Source: Rebecca billardiae RCC1528
Lineage: Eukaryota > Protista > Haptophyta
Length of the DNA stretch: 64,000 bases
Assembly: GCA_965240325.2 (NCBI GenBank)
Contig: OZ251230.1
Coordinates: 1,984,001 to 2,048,000, forward strand
Reading direction: 5' to 3'
Both the position numbers and the translations under genes were made by a program. Positions within the stretch are counted from its first letter, which is position 1. The number at the start of each line of letters is the position of its first letter. Positions 1-10,954 of this stretch are shown here, in pieces. Below the pieces are notes generated by a model. That model did no database searches. It was not told the DNA's origin and saw only the letters and a program-made list of their open reading frames with translations.

Positions 1-150
1 GCCGTCGCCCCGCGGCCCGCCCCGCAGCCCGGGCCGGCCGGCGGATTGGCGCGGCAGTCACTCGGTCCGCGCGGCGGGAGCGGGGCGGACGTGAGCCACG
101 ACTGGGCCCTGGGGCCCTGGCACAATAAGGCGGACGACGAACTGCGATGA
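1..150 (+). CDS. Possible 3' end of a gene starting before the window
   Basis: Frame 1 is open from base 1 (AVAPRPAPQ...KADDELR) to TGA at 148-150, followed by a TGA/CAT-rich tract like those downstream of other genes here. Confidence 0.25.
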   Translation, partial: AVAPRPAPQPGPAGGLARQSLGPRGGSGADVSHDWALGPWHNKADDELR

Positions 151-248
151 TGCGTAGTAGTCACTGTGTTGATGCTGCTGCTGCCTGATGATGAAGCCTG
201 ATGAGTGAATATCACTATCAGTGATGATGACGTGATGACGATGCCGAT

Positions 249-1472
249 TCACGTCGATCGCTTGCGATTGCTCATCGCCTGAAGAACGCGTGCCAGGAGC
301 GGCGCGAGCTCGGGGTCACGCGCGTACTCGCCAAGCCGCGACGGATCCGCCTGGATCGCCGCCAACGCGCGCGCCACGCGCGGGTCACGGGCAATGGCTG
401 CCACCTCGGCGAGAGCGCGCGGGCTCGCCGCGAGTCGCGCACGCATGGCAGCGGCAGCCGGGTCGGCGTCAGGATCGCCACCGTCATCGGCGCTCGAGAC
501 GCGCCCAGCCTCGTCGGGCCCTTCCATGCCCAGCAGTGTCGCCGGCGCGGCGCGCGGGAGGAGCGCGTGGAAGAGCACACCTTGGTCGTCGCCTTCGTCA
601 CGGCCTGTGCGGGCCAGGAGTGCCGCTGCCGCGGCTGCGCCCTCACCGCCCTCGGCGCCACCACCGCTGGCGGCACCCACTGTGTATGAACCGCCCTCGC
701 AGTGCACGACCCCCTCCGCATCATCGTCACAGCGCCAGCGGAGCGTGTCCAGGGCGAGGACGTGCAGCGCACTCGCGTTGTCGTACGTCGGCGAGCACAG
801 CGCGGCGATCTCGCGCACGCCGATCGTGCCGCCACTGCTGCCGCCACTGCTGCCGCCGTGAGCCCATGCGCACGGCTCGTACACACGCACGGGCCGACGC
901 AGCTCGTTGGCGAGGGCGACGAGCTCGGCGCCGCCGGCCCACTCACCGAGCTCGTACACACGCCGCAGGTACTCGATCGACGTCGCGCCCGGACCCAGCC
1001 GTCGCTTCGCAGCCATCGCGACTAGGTCCCCCGCGGCGATCGTCGCCCGGCCGCCAAGGATGAGGTGCCGGCCGCGCGAGGCGAGGGCTTCGACGGCGAG
1101 CTCGCGGAGGCGCATGGCGAGCGGCGGAAGGAACGGCGAGAGCATCCCAGTGTCGACGCCGTCCTCAGCGAACCTCAGCGCGATGCCCACAGCATGGTAG
1201 AGGCTGTCGCCGCCTGCGAGCGTGCGCGCCACGCCAAATGCGCGCGCAGGCGGCCCCGACGCGGGCGCGCCAGGCCCCACGGTCACGAGTGGGTACGTGG
1301 GCGTGCAAAGACCACGCGGGGAGCCGCCATCTAAATCTTCGCAGGAGATGGACCGCGCGCGCAGCCGCGACGAGCAACAGAGCGCACACGCGCCGAGGAG
1401 GCCCGCGGCGCGCATCCTGCTTCCGCTCCCACACAGCGGCGGCGGAAATGTGAAATGGAAATCGCGCGACAT
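249..1472 (-). CDS. OTU-like (probably inactive) domain protein with C-terminal STI1/HOP-type DP repeats; start may be 1415
   Basis: AGGDSLYHAV aligns to OTU GDGNCLFRAV; also LRELAV, YLRRV...WAGGAELVALA..LRRPVRVY. The C-terminus ARDPRVARALAAIQADPSRLGEYARDPELAPLL is STI1-like. Confidence 0.65.
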   Translation of the reverse strand: MSRDFHFTFPPPLCGSGSRMRAAGLLGACALCCSSRLRARSISCEDLDGGSPRGLCTPTYPLVTVGPGAPASGPPARAFGVARTLAGGDSLYHAVGIALRFAEDGVDTGMLSPFLPPLAMRLRELAVEALASRGRHLILGGRATIAAGDLVAMAAKRRLGPGATSIEYLRRVYELGEWAGGAELVALANELRRPVRVYEPCAWAHGGSSGGSSGGTIGVREIAALCSPTYDNASALHVLALDTLRWRCDDDAEGVVHCEGGSYTVGAASGGGAEGGEGAAAAAALLARTGRDEGDDQGVLFHALLPRAAPATLLGMEGPDEAGRVSSADDGGDPDADPAAAAMRARLAASPRALAEVAAIARDPRVARALAAIQADPSRLGEYARDPELAPLLARVLQAMSNRKRST

Positions 1473-1638
1473 TGTTTAGCCGGTGTAGTCTCTCAGATTC
1501 TACTTAAGTTAGTAGTACAAACTGTACTCGCCACACGGCCTGATGCAGCCAGGTTGTCTCAGGTCACAGGTGCCGATCGAGCAGCTCCGGGACAGCACGT
1601 GTGCCCCTGCGCGCCTGCGGACAGCGACCCACGCCTCA

Positions 1639-3445
1639 TCATGCGGGGCCGCCAGGCGCGCTCGGCGCGAGGTAGGAGCTGGCGGGTGTGGCCGCGGCCA
1701 TGGCGGGCTGCGCTGGGCTCGTGAGTGCGCCGAGCAGTGTCTGGATGTGCCCGGCCACCTCGCGGTTCGTGTCCATCAGGCTGCGGAAGTCGTCCACCTT
1801 GAAGTTGGACAGCACCTTGGCGAGCGCGTCCCGGTCCTTCATGGTCTTGAGCTGCGACTTGAGCTCATCGCCCTCCTGCGCGCGCGGGGCACGCACGCGC
1901 GGCGCGCGCGCGCGCGGTCGGCGGCGGTCGGCGCGGCCCGGCGGTCGGCGCGGGGCGTCGCGCGTGCGCGGCGGCACGCACCGACTGCGCCGAGGTGAGG
2001 TCCGTGCGCAGCTGCTCGACGAGCGAGCCCATCTGCGTCGCGCGCTCGAGCAGCAGCCTGTTCTCCTGCGCCAGCTTCGCCGCGTCCTCCTCCTGCTGCC
2101 CGTAGTGCTCCTCCTTGACGGCGGCGCGGCGGCGCGCGGCGCGCAGCTCCTTGTCGAGCTCGTCGTATCGCTGAGAGGCGCGCGCGAGCTCTCGAAAGTT
2201 CTCAGCGATCTGGTCCTTGGTCTCCTTGTGCAGCTCGAGCGTCTCGAGCGTCTTCTCGCGCTGCTTCCGGAACATGAAGGTGCTCAGCACGCGGTCCACC
2301 TTGGAGCGGTCCATCTCGTCCATCAGCCGTTGTCGCTCCTTCTCCGCGTGCGACGCGGCCGACGCGGCCGAGGCGGCGGTCGCCTGCAGCTGTGCGTTTT
2401 CCATGATGAGGAACTTGACGTCGTCCTGGAGCTTGGCGTGCGCCTCGGTGGCGTTCTGCAGCTCGAGCTTCGCGAGCCGCGCCTCGCCGTCCGCCTTGGT
2501 CTGCGCGTCGCGCGCCTCCTTCGCCTCCGCCTTCAGGCTGCCCAACACGCTCTGCAGCGAGCCCAGCCTCCCCTCCGCGACCTCAGCCGCGGCCTTGGCC
2601 TCGCTCAGCCCGGCGCGCGCGCGCGCGAGGTCCTTGTCCGTCTTCGCCTTGGCGGCGATCGCGTCGTCCCGCTTGGCCTGCAGCTCGCGCATGTCGACGT
2701 CGTACGTCGAGAACCGCCGCTTCAGCTCGTGCAGCTGCTCGGTCAGCGCGGACACGTCGGAGCGTAACGACTTCTCCGTCACCGCGCGATGCTCGAGCTG
2801 CCGCTGCAGGTTGACGCTCTCCGAGACGACCTGCTGCATGGCCGTGGCGTGCTCCGCCTTGAGCTGCGCGGCGCGGCGCGCGGCGCGGGGCGCGGGCGAC
2901 GCCGGTGAGCCCCGCCGCCGCGGCGCGCGGGCGCGACGGCCGCCGAGGAGCGCGCGTGGAGGGCCGCGGCTGGCGAGCTCGGCAAGGCGCACCCGCGCGT
3001 GCGCGCGAGCGCGCGCCGCGGCGAGCGCCCGCGTGCGGGGCAGCCGCAGTGCGTCGCTCGCGCGCGCGCGCGGAAGGGAGGCGGGTCCGAGCGGCAGCGC
3101 CGGGCCGCCGGGCCGTACCGCACCTTGTCTACCACCGCCTCTGCCCTCGCGCGCTCCTCGTGCGCGCGCTGCTCCGAGAGCTGCGCCTGCATCTTCTCCT
3201 GCACCGCGCGATCGAGCCGCTGCTCAGACGCTGCGAGGGCCGACTGCGAGCGCTGCTCCATGTCTGCGTACTGGTGGCGGAGCTGCGCCATCATGTCGTC
3301 GAGGCCGCCGTCGCCGGAGAGCTGTGGCGGTGGGAGCGACGACGGCACGTACCCTCCCTGTGCCCGCGAGATGGGCGGCTGGTGCATCGGCAGGCCGCCG
3401 CCGCCGCCGCCGCCGCCACCGCCATAGGAGCTACTGCGCGCGCCT

Positions 3446-3479
<34 letters not shown>

Positions 3480-3780
3480 ACCCCGCGCCACCGGCCTGGG
3501 CGGCGAGGCCCGTCGCGCCACTCGCCTGCCCGCCGTGCTCGCGCATGTACTTCATCTCGAGCTCGAGGAAGTAGATCTGCTGCTGCAGGTTGTAGATGTA
3601 TTCCTTCTCGAGCGCGCCGCCGCTATTCGCGCGCGGGGTGCCGCCAAACGCGCCCGGGGCGCTCGGGTCGGTGGGGGAGCCGCCGCGTGGCGAGTACGAC
3701 GGGACGGAGACGGGCTTGGTGCCGTACCGCCCGAGCGCGTTCGTCTTCGACGTCGTGCCCACCTGGGGCAACGCCTTCAT
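1639..3780 (-). CDS. Coiled-coil protein, ~591 aa, 3 exons: 3780-3124, 2863-1982, 1875-1639
   Basis: Three ORF-track segments join in frame through GT..AG introns 3123-2864 and 1981-1876. The sequence is long E/K/Q/A heptad-rich and includes the motif KEYIYNLQQQIYFLELEMKY. Confidence 0.75.
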
Positions 3781-3934
3781 CGATCGCGCGAACGCGAGCG
3801 GCGCCGCCACCCTTTTGAACACGGGCGAAGGCCGCCAACCGCCTCGATAAATATTATTGGGCGCGCGCGAAAACGAGCAGGTGCCTGCACCGCGACCGAC
3901 GCAGAAAAAAACGCGTTGCCTCGACTGGAGCACG

Positions 3935-5101
3935 ATGGTGGGCACGATGGCGGCCAGCCTCGCGGCGCTGCTCATCACGGGCTCTTCCGCCGCCGGCGAC
4001 GTTGGCGCCGACGCCGCGAGCGCCGCGTGCACGGCGCACCCGCGCTTCGCGGCGCTCGATCCCTCGACGCGCGCGCTCACCATGGACTGCGGCCGCAGCT
4101 GGGAGGTGGACGTGCTTGCGGACGAGGACTGCGCGGCGCGCTGCCACGCGCGCTACACGCTCGGCTGGGAGGCGATGGAGGTGAACCTGTACCGCGGGCC
4201 GGTGGCGGTGGAGCACGAGTATGCGCATGCGTACTGCGACGTCTGGGGCTTCGGCCGCGCCGAGCAGGTCTTCGCCCAGCCGCGCGAGCGAGCGGCGGTC
4301 GCGGCGGGCGCGCGCGCCGCGCGCAAGTCGGCGCCGCGCGGCACGCTCACGCGCGACGTGGTGATGGTGCTCGTCGAGGGCGCGAGCGGCGCGCAGCTCG
4401 CCACGGCGCTGCCGCGCACGCTGCGCGAGCTCGCCGAGCTCGAGGAGCCCTTCGGCCTGCGCCTGCATACGCTCAGCCAGCAGCGGGCCCCGCCGCCAGC
4501 GGCTGACGGCACGCGCGCGCGCGCGTGGGCTGAGCTGCTGGGCGGACCGGCGGGCGGCGACGGCGCGCCGAGCGGCGGCGAGTCGCTGGCGTGCGCGTTC
4601 GCGCGGCGCGGGTACGTCACGTCGCTCGCCGCCACGCGCTGCCACTCGCCCGCGCTCGACGCCGCCGGCGCCACTCTCGAGGCGGCGGCGGCGCCGTGGC
4701 GCGGCGGCGCGCGCCCGCCGGACGTCGACGGCGCCGCCGGCAGCGGCGCGGCGGCGTCATGCTGGGACCACCTGCTGCTCGAGCCGTTCTGCACGCCCGC
4801 GCTGCAGCGCCCCGCCGGCGCCGGGCGCGTGCGCGCCTGCCTCGGCGGCGAGCCCGTCCACCGTTACGCCCTTAACTATTCGGAGCAGCTGCTCGGCACC
4901 ACCGTGCGCCGCGCCGCTCGCGAGAGCGAGCCGCAGGCTGGCGCCGCCGGCAGCGCGGCAGGCGGCGGCGGGGCCGCGGAGGTGCAGGGCGTGCTCTACG
5001 CCGGCGTCCCGCGCCTCGCCGTGCTCGCGCTCGAGCTGGAGGCCGCCGAGCCAGCGCCGCCCACGGGCACCCTGTCCGCGTCGGAGGCGCGCGCGGGCGC
5101 A

Positions 5102-5132
<31 letters not shown>

Positions 5133-6475
5133 CGGAGGCAGCCGAGGCCGCGGCCGCGCCGCCGGCATCGGCCGCCGCCGGTCTGGATGGCGACCTCGCC
5201 GCGTGGATCGTCGGGCTGTGCGCGCAGCGCCGCGCGCTCCGCGCGCCGCAGCCCATCTTCGTCCTCTGGTCCGACGGCGGCGCCTCGGCGGACCAAGTAT
5301 CGGCCATGCATTTTGCCCTGCCCACTTTCCTGCTCTCGGTGCGGCCGGGCGCGGCCGAGGCGCTCGCGGCGAGCGCGCGGCGCGCGCTGAGCCCTGCGCA
5401 CGTGCGCGCGACCGTGCTCGACCTGCTCGGCGCGGAGCCGGCGCAGCCCAGCGCGGCGGCCGAGGGCGCGCCCGCGGCGCCGTCCCTGCTGCGCGCGCCC
5501 GCCGGCGCGGACGGCGCGGGCGCTGGCGAGGGCCAGCCGGCGCCGCCCACGCCCGGGGAGACGGGCGAGCAGGCGGCGGCGGCGGCGCGCGCGACCGCAG
5601 GCGCCGCCGAGGCGTCCGCACCGGCCGAGCCTGCGCACCCCGCGCGCGAGCGCGCCGCGCGCGCGCCCGGCGCGGCGTTCAGCTGCTCGCGCGAGGCGGC
5701 CGCGGCCGCGCGGCCGACGCGGTGCGTGGAGCGAGCGGTCGAGCCGCCGGCCGCGGACGCGGTGCTGCGCGTGCGCGCGCAGGCGGACCTGCCCACGTGC
5801 GCCCACGCGCCCACGTACGCCAGCCTCTCCCCCGACGGCGTGCTCGCTGTGCACGGCTGCGACAACGGCACGCGCGCATCCTACTCTCTCGGCCTTGACC
5901 CGCGCGCGTTTGCGCTGCCGCCGCCGCGGCCGGGCGCGCCGGCGCGCGCGCGGCTGCCGGCGGGGGCGGAGACGGCGTTCGTGTACTGCCACGCGCCGGC
6001 GGCCGCCGGCGCGCAGCAGCAGCAGGCGCAGCCGCCGCAGCCGCCGCCGCAGCCGCAGCGCCGGCAGCTGCGCAGCGCCGGCCCGGAGCGTCCCGCCTCC
6101 GAAGGCGCGCCGGCCGCGGACGGCGGCGCGCGCGCGCGCCGCGTGACGGCGGCGGCCGAGGCCGACTCGGCGGCCGAGCTCGGCGATGGGTGGATGTACG
6201 GCGTCGAGCCCGCGCTGACGCCGTGCGAGGCCGCCGCCGCGCCGCGCCGCGCCTCCAACCACGCCGTCCTGCGACACCGCTGCGACGTGCAACGCGGCGC
6301 GCGCCCAGCCCTCAACGTGCGCGTGCGCAACGCGCGCCGGCCGGCGCTCGCGCGTGAGCTGGCGCGCGCGCGCGCGCGCGCGCTGCGCGCGCTCGGCGTG
6401 GCGGCGCGCCGGCCAGGAGCCGCCGACGCCGCCGACGGCGTGAGCGACGCCGACGCCGCGGCCGACGCCGACGCC

Positions 6476-6512
<37 letters not shown>

Positions 6513-7657
6513 GCGCCGTCGAGCGCAACGCCTCGCTCGCGTGGCTGCACGCACACGGCGCGCGCGGCCTGTCGGTGGCGGTGGTGCTGATCGACTCGAT
6601 CTCGGCGGTGCGCTTCCGCGAGCTGATGCCGCAGACGCACGCCTTCTTCGCGCGGCGCTCCGCCAGCGCCGCCCCGCGCCGCGCGGCCGCGCCAGCGTCC
6701 GCGCGGCCGGCGCGGGCCGAGGCGGAGCGCGGGTGGGCGGCCTTCGACTTTGAGCGCTTCTCGACGGTGGGCCCCAACTCGCCGTTCAACCAGATCCCGC
6801 TGCTCTCCGGCTTCGCTGGCTCGGAGTACGCGTCCGAGCAGCGCGGCCTCGGCCTGCCCTGCGGCGTGCGCTCGGGCTGGCCCTTCGCGCGGCCGCGCGC
6901 CAACCACTCGTGCGACCGCTGGCTGTTTGGTCGGTACGCTGACGCCGGGTACGCGACCGCGTTCGCGAGCAACATGTGCGACTGGGGCGTGATGGAGGAG
7001 GTGCACCCGCTGCGCACGGCGCACCCGCCCGCGCACCACCGCCTCGTCGAGCCGTGGTGCCACGCCGAGTACGACGTGGACAAGCTCTACTTCCGCTGGC
7101 TGCGGCGCTGCCTCGGCGACGCGCCCGCGCACGCGCCGCTGCTCGAGTACACGCGCGCGTTCCTGCGCAACTACGCGGACGTGCCGCGGCTCGCGTGGGG
7201 CGTGCTGCTCGAGGGGCACGAGCCGACCGGCGTCGCCGCGCGCTCGCTCGACGCCGACCTCGCCGCGCACCTCGCCGACCTCGAGCGCGCGCACGGCGAC
7301 GAGCTCGGCCTCGTGCTGCTCAGCGACCACGGCATCCACTACGGGCCGCTGTACGACGCGTCGGAGGGCGTGCGCGCGGAGCACGTGCGGCCGATGCTGC
7401 ACGTCGCGCTGCCGCACGGCTGGCTCCGCGCGCACCCGCGCGCGGCCGCGAGCCTGTGCGCCAACCAGCGGCGCCTCGTGACCGCGTTCGACGTGCACGC
7501 CACGCTCGCGCACGTGCTCGCGCTGCCCGGCGCGCCGTCGTACCCGCAGTGGGCGTCGCACCGGCGGCAGCCGCCCATCTCGCTCCTCGAGCCCGTCCCC
7601 GCCTCGCGCGACTGCGAGGACGCGTGGATCCCGAGCACGCACTGCCCGTGCGCGTGA
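3935..7657 (+). CDS. Secreted DUF229-like / alkaline-phosphatase-sulfatase superfamily protein with two related domains
   Basis: Hydrophobic leader (MAASLAALLITGSSA). The C-terminal domain has VLIDSIS, VGPNSPFN, RRCLG, EGHE, LLSDHG and NQRRLVTAFDVHATL; the N-terminal half has degenerate equivalents. Confidence 0.7.
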
Positions 7658-8346
7658 GGAGGAGGGCGCCTCGGTTATGTCCACGAGGGGATGAGCGCGG
7701 CGGCCATTGTGATTTACTGATTTTTAAGATTCTGAGATAAAGGCAGGAGATGCTTCGACGAGATTCTGAACAATATCATACCCCCATATGGGGGTATACC
7801 ACTATACCCCCATCAGGTGACCCCCATCGGAGGTGGGGGTATGGGGGGGGTACGCACATAATTTTTACGACCGTCGTTTGGGTGTCTTGGTCTGTTGCCG
7901 CGTCGCATGTGTGGAACTACCCGAGCCCTGCTCCGAATTGTGCGAGGGCTGCGTATTCGGCTTCGTCTTTTTCTGCGTCGAGATTGTCGTGATGAATATT
8001 GAGCTCGCACGTCTCGGACTCTCGGTAGGCCCACGAGCGCCGCCGACTGGCGCCCACAGGCTCACACATATGAGACGCGGTTGGAAAACCGCACCCCAAA
8101 CGGTACCGTACTCAGCTTCCACCCAGCCCTACCCGACCGGTACATATGGGCGGTGACAGTTGGCGGGCGTCAATCTCGCCTGCCTGAGCTGTGTGCGTCT
8201 CTTATTCTTAGTAAACTGTACGGTCTTTGGACCTGAATCGGAGCATTTACCGACACGGTTCCGAACTGGGGCTCTCAGGGGTAAAACCCGCCGACAACCA
8301 AGGAACACGCGTCCACACACCTCGACCACCGCGGCGGACCACAAAG

Positions 8347-9231
8347 ATGAACGAGGCCGCGCTCATCCACGACTCCCCAACAGACATCACGGAGGGGCCC
8401 ACGAGCCCACGCCCCGTGAGAAAGCTCAGACCGTCGAGCACGACGTGCGCGACGGTCGCCGACCTGGCGATCGCCCACCAGCACAGGCTGCAGAAGCGCG
8501 CGTCCACGTCGGCGCTCGAGCTGCCCGCCACCGCGCGCGCGCTCGACCTCGCGGCATGGCGACACGAGCCGCACGACGTGATCGACGCGGGCATCGCCGC
8601 TGCGCTCTTCGTCCACCTCGACGCGAGCGTGCGCGACGGCGCCCCCGCGGGCGCCGCCTTCGAGCCGCAATTCGCCGCGTCGCAACTGTGCACCTTTGAC
8701 GAGGTCGAATGCGCCGCCGCGCTGCGCCTGCTCCGCTCCGAGCTCGACCTGGACGACGCGTCGCCGATCATCGCGCTGGCTCTCATCGAGCGGTGCATCC
8801 TCGCGACACCCGACCACCGGCTCCTCACGCTCGCGAACTGGCGCGCCGTCCTTGCGACCGCCATCAGCCTCGCGCACAAGATGGCCTCGGACGAAGCGCC
8901 GCGCAGCCGCGAGATCGCCGTGGTGGCGAGCGTCGCGCTGGGCGAGCCGGGCCTGAAGCTCGGCGCGCTCGAGGCGCACATGTCGGAGCTGCTCGGCTAC
9001 CAACTACATGTCTCGCAGGCGGCCTTCTTCCGCTACCACACCGCCGTGCGCGAGCTCGGGCAGCAGCGCGTCGCGCTCGCATACTGGAGCGCGCTCGACT
9101 GCGGCCGCGGCGCCGACTCTGACGCCGCGCTGAGCAGGCGAGACAGCAGCGTCGCCGGCAGCCTTGACGATCCGATGTCGTCGGATTGCGACCTGGCCTC
9201 CGACGACGGGCTGTTCGACGACTGGTGCTGA
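8347..9231 (+). CDS. Cyclin, Y/P/U (PHO80-like) type
   Basis: Cyclin-box motifs IIALALIER, LTLANWRAVLATAISLAHKMASDE and LEAHMSELLGYQLHVSQAAFFRY. Confidence 0.75.
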   Translation: MNEAALIHDSPTDITEGPTSPRPVRKLRPSSTTCATVADLAIAHQHRLQKRASTSALELPATARALDLAAWRHEPHDVIDAGIAAALFVHLDASVRDGAPAGAAFEPQFAASQLCTFDEVECAAALRLLRSELDLDDASPIIALALIERCILATPDHRLLTLANWRAVLATAISLAHKMASDEAPRSREIAVVASVALGEPGLKLGALEAHMSELLGYQLHVSQAAFFRYHTAVRELGQQRVALAYWSALDCGRGADSDAALSRRDSSVAGSLDDPMSSDCDLASDDGLFDDWC

Positions 9232-10683
9232 TTGTCGCGACTCGGATATCAGACTGTTAGACTGTGCTCGGAGTCAGCTTCAGTTTGATCTGCGGAACTT
9301 GTGGGCTGCCAACTTTCGCGTCGTCGGCTGCGTGAGATTGAAGGGTCACGAGCGAGCGAGCGCAGGTGTGTGTGCGGGTTGCGGTCGGAAGACTGTGACT
9401 GCGAATTGCAGAATTCAGGGCCAAGTACATATTATTACTGCTGAGAATGAGCTGAATGAGGTAGAGAATCGTCATATTATGATGAGCAGCAGACTTCGCG
9501 TTCCACAAAGCGTCCAACATTCATTCGCAGCCCATGTTTGATGCGTTCTCATGGGCAACCAGCCAATCACGGTGTAGGTTCAAGGCCCATATTGCTCGAA
9601 AGACGAATCTGACTCGAAGAGACCACGGTATCTCATAGTCATACGGAATGTGTGTTGCCGGCGCACCGAAGCAGGCATGTGGGCCGGTGAGGTCGTAATA
9701 ATGCGCGCGCCGAAAAAAATGTTCTAGAAGTTGTCTTCCCGCGTCCGTGGGTCCAGGGGGGCGGGTCGTAGTTTTCAGGAGGATGTGGAAACACACAGCA
9801 AAAAGGCCGGAAAAACAATTGAATCGCCCAAATCGCTTTCGAACGATGGGTGACACAACTCACAACTCACATTCTCACAACTCCCGTCCGCGCCGTGCTT
9901 GTCGAGATCCTCATAACCGGAGGGCAGCGAGCGTTGCGAGTCAACGTGGGACCTGGCATGGGTGATACGTGTGTCTCGATGTCCCGCAACGCGTCCCTCC
10001 CGTGCTGCTGAGGTCTGTGGGCATCAACGCGCTCGTCGCAGCATCATGATCATTCCCGCACCTGAATCCCCACCTGTCTGCATCAGTGCCTGACGAGGTT
10101 GCTTGGAGCGCACTCAACCCCTTGCCGCCGTACTGTTCAGGGCGGAACTCCATCGCAATATTGAAGCATGCGGCTGCCCTTGACAAACGTAGGTAGGCAC
10201 ATGCGCCCCCCGCTCCCACTGCGACAGCCAATGTGATCGTCGAGCGGTCGCCGGTCCGGGAGCAATTTTAGCGGCGCGCCAGCGGCTCCACCAACAGAGG
10301 CGGGGCCTTGTGCTGTAAGTATAGCAATCATGGATCGACTCGCGAGCACGGGCGCAGTCAGCAAGCCGTGCGCCATGCCCACGCCTCTGCCACGGGCACT
10401 CACGGTATTACACGCGGACGTTGTACTGGCTGACGTCGGTCTTATCGTCGTCAGGCGGGCGCCGATACGAAACGAAGCCTGGTAACTACTGATAAATGAA
10501 GCAGTTCGACTTAATTTGCTCGCCAGTTGGGCCGAGCAGTCTGCATAAGTAGCAGAGTAGTATTAATAAGACCCTAGTCTACAGGCTGCAGCCGATGGCA
10601 GCGGTCGTCTGCATCAGACCGGCGCACGTTCGGACGTGGTGTCTGGAGTGAAGTGAGCGACACGCGCGGCTCCGCGGACGACA

Positions 10684-10721
10684 CTATAACTATAACTATC
10701 TATCTATCTATCTATCTATCT

Positions 10722-10759
<38 letters not shown>
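10684..10759. repeat. Compound microsatellite (CTATAA)n(TATC)n(TC)n(TA)n
   Basis: Directly visible. Confidence 0.9.
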
Positions 10760-10954
10760 TTGTCAGGCGGGGACTACGGAGTCTAGACTCCACGATGCGA
10801 GCGATCGTATACTCGGCCGATTTCCCGTCCTCGCCGATGAGAAGTTGAAAGTAGATGGAGTCAACCAAGAAGAATCCAAGATCGATCTTCTCCACGGTCT
10901 CCACCCCTTCATAATCATACGCAGTCTGCACAGGCTGCTCTCGCCTCTCAGCGC

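Noticed and set aside
9240-10650. Short ORFs and CACAACT heptamers in a lower-GC intergenic region
   Set aside because: No recognisable protein motifs, and codon usage is unlike the neighbouring genes.
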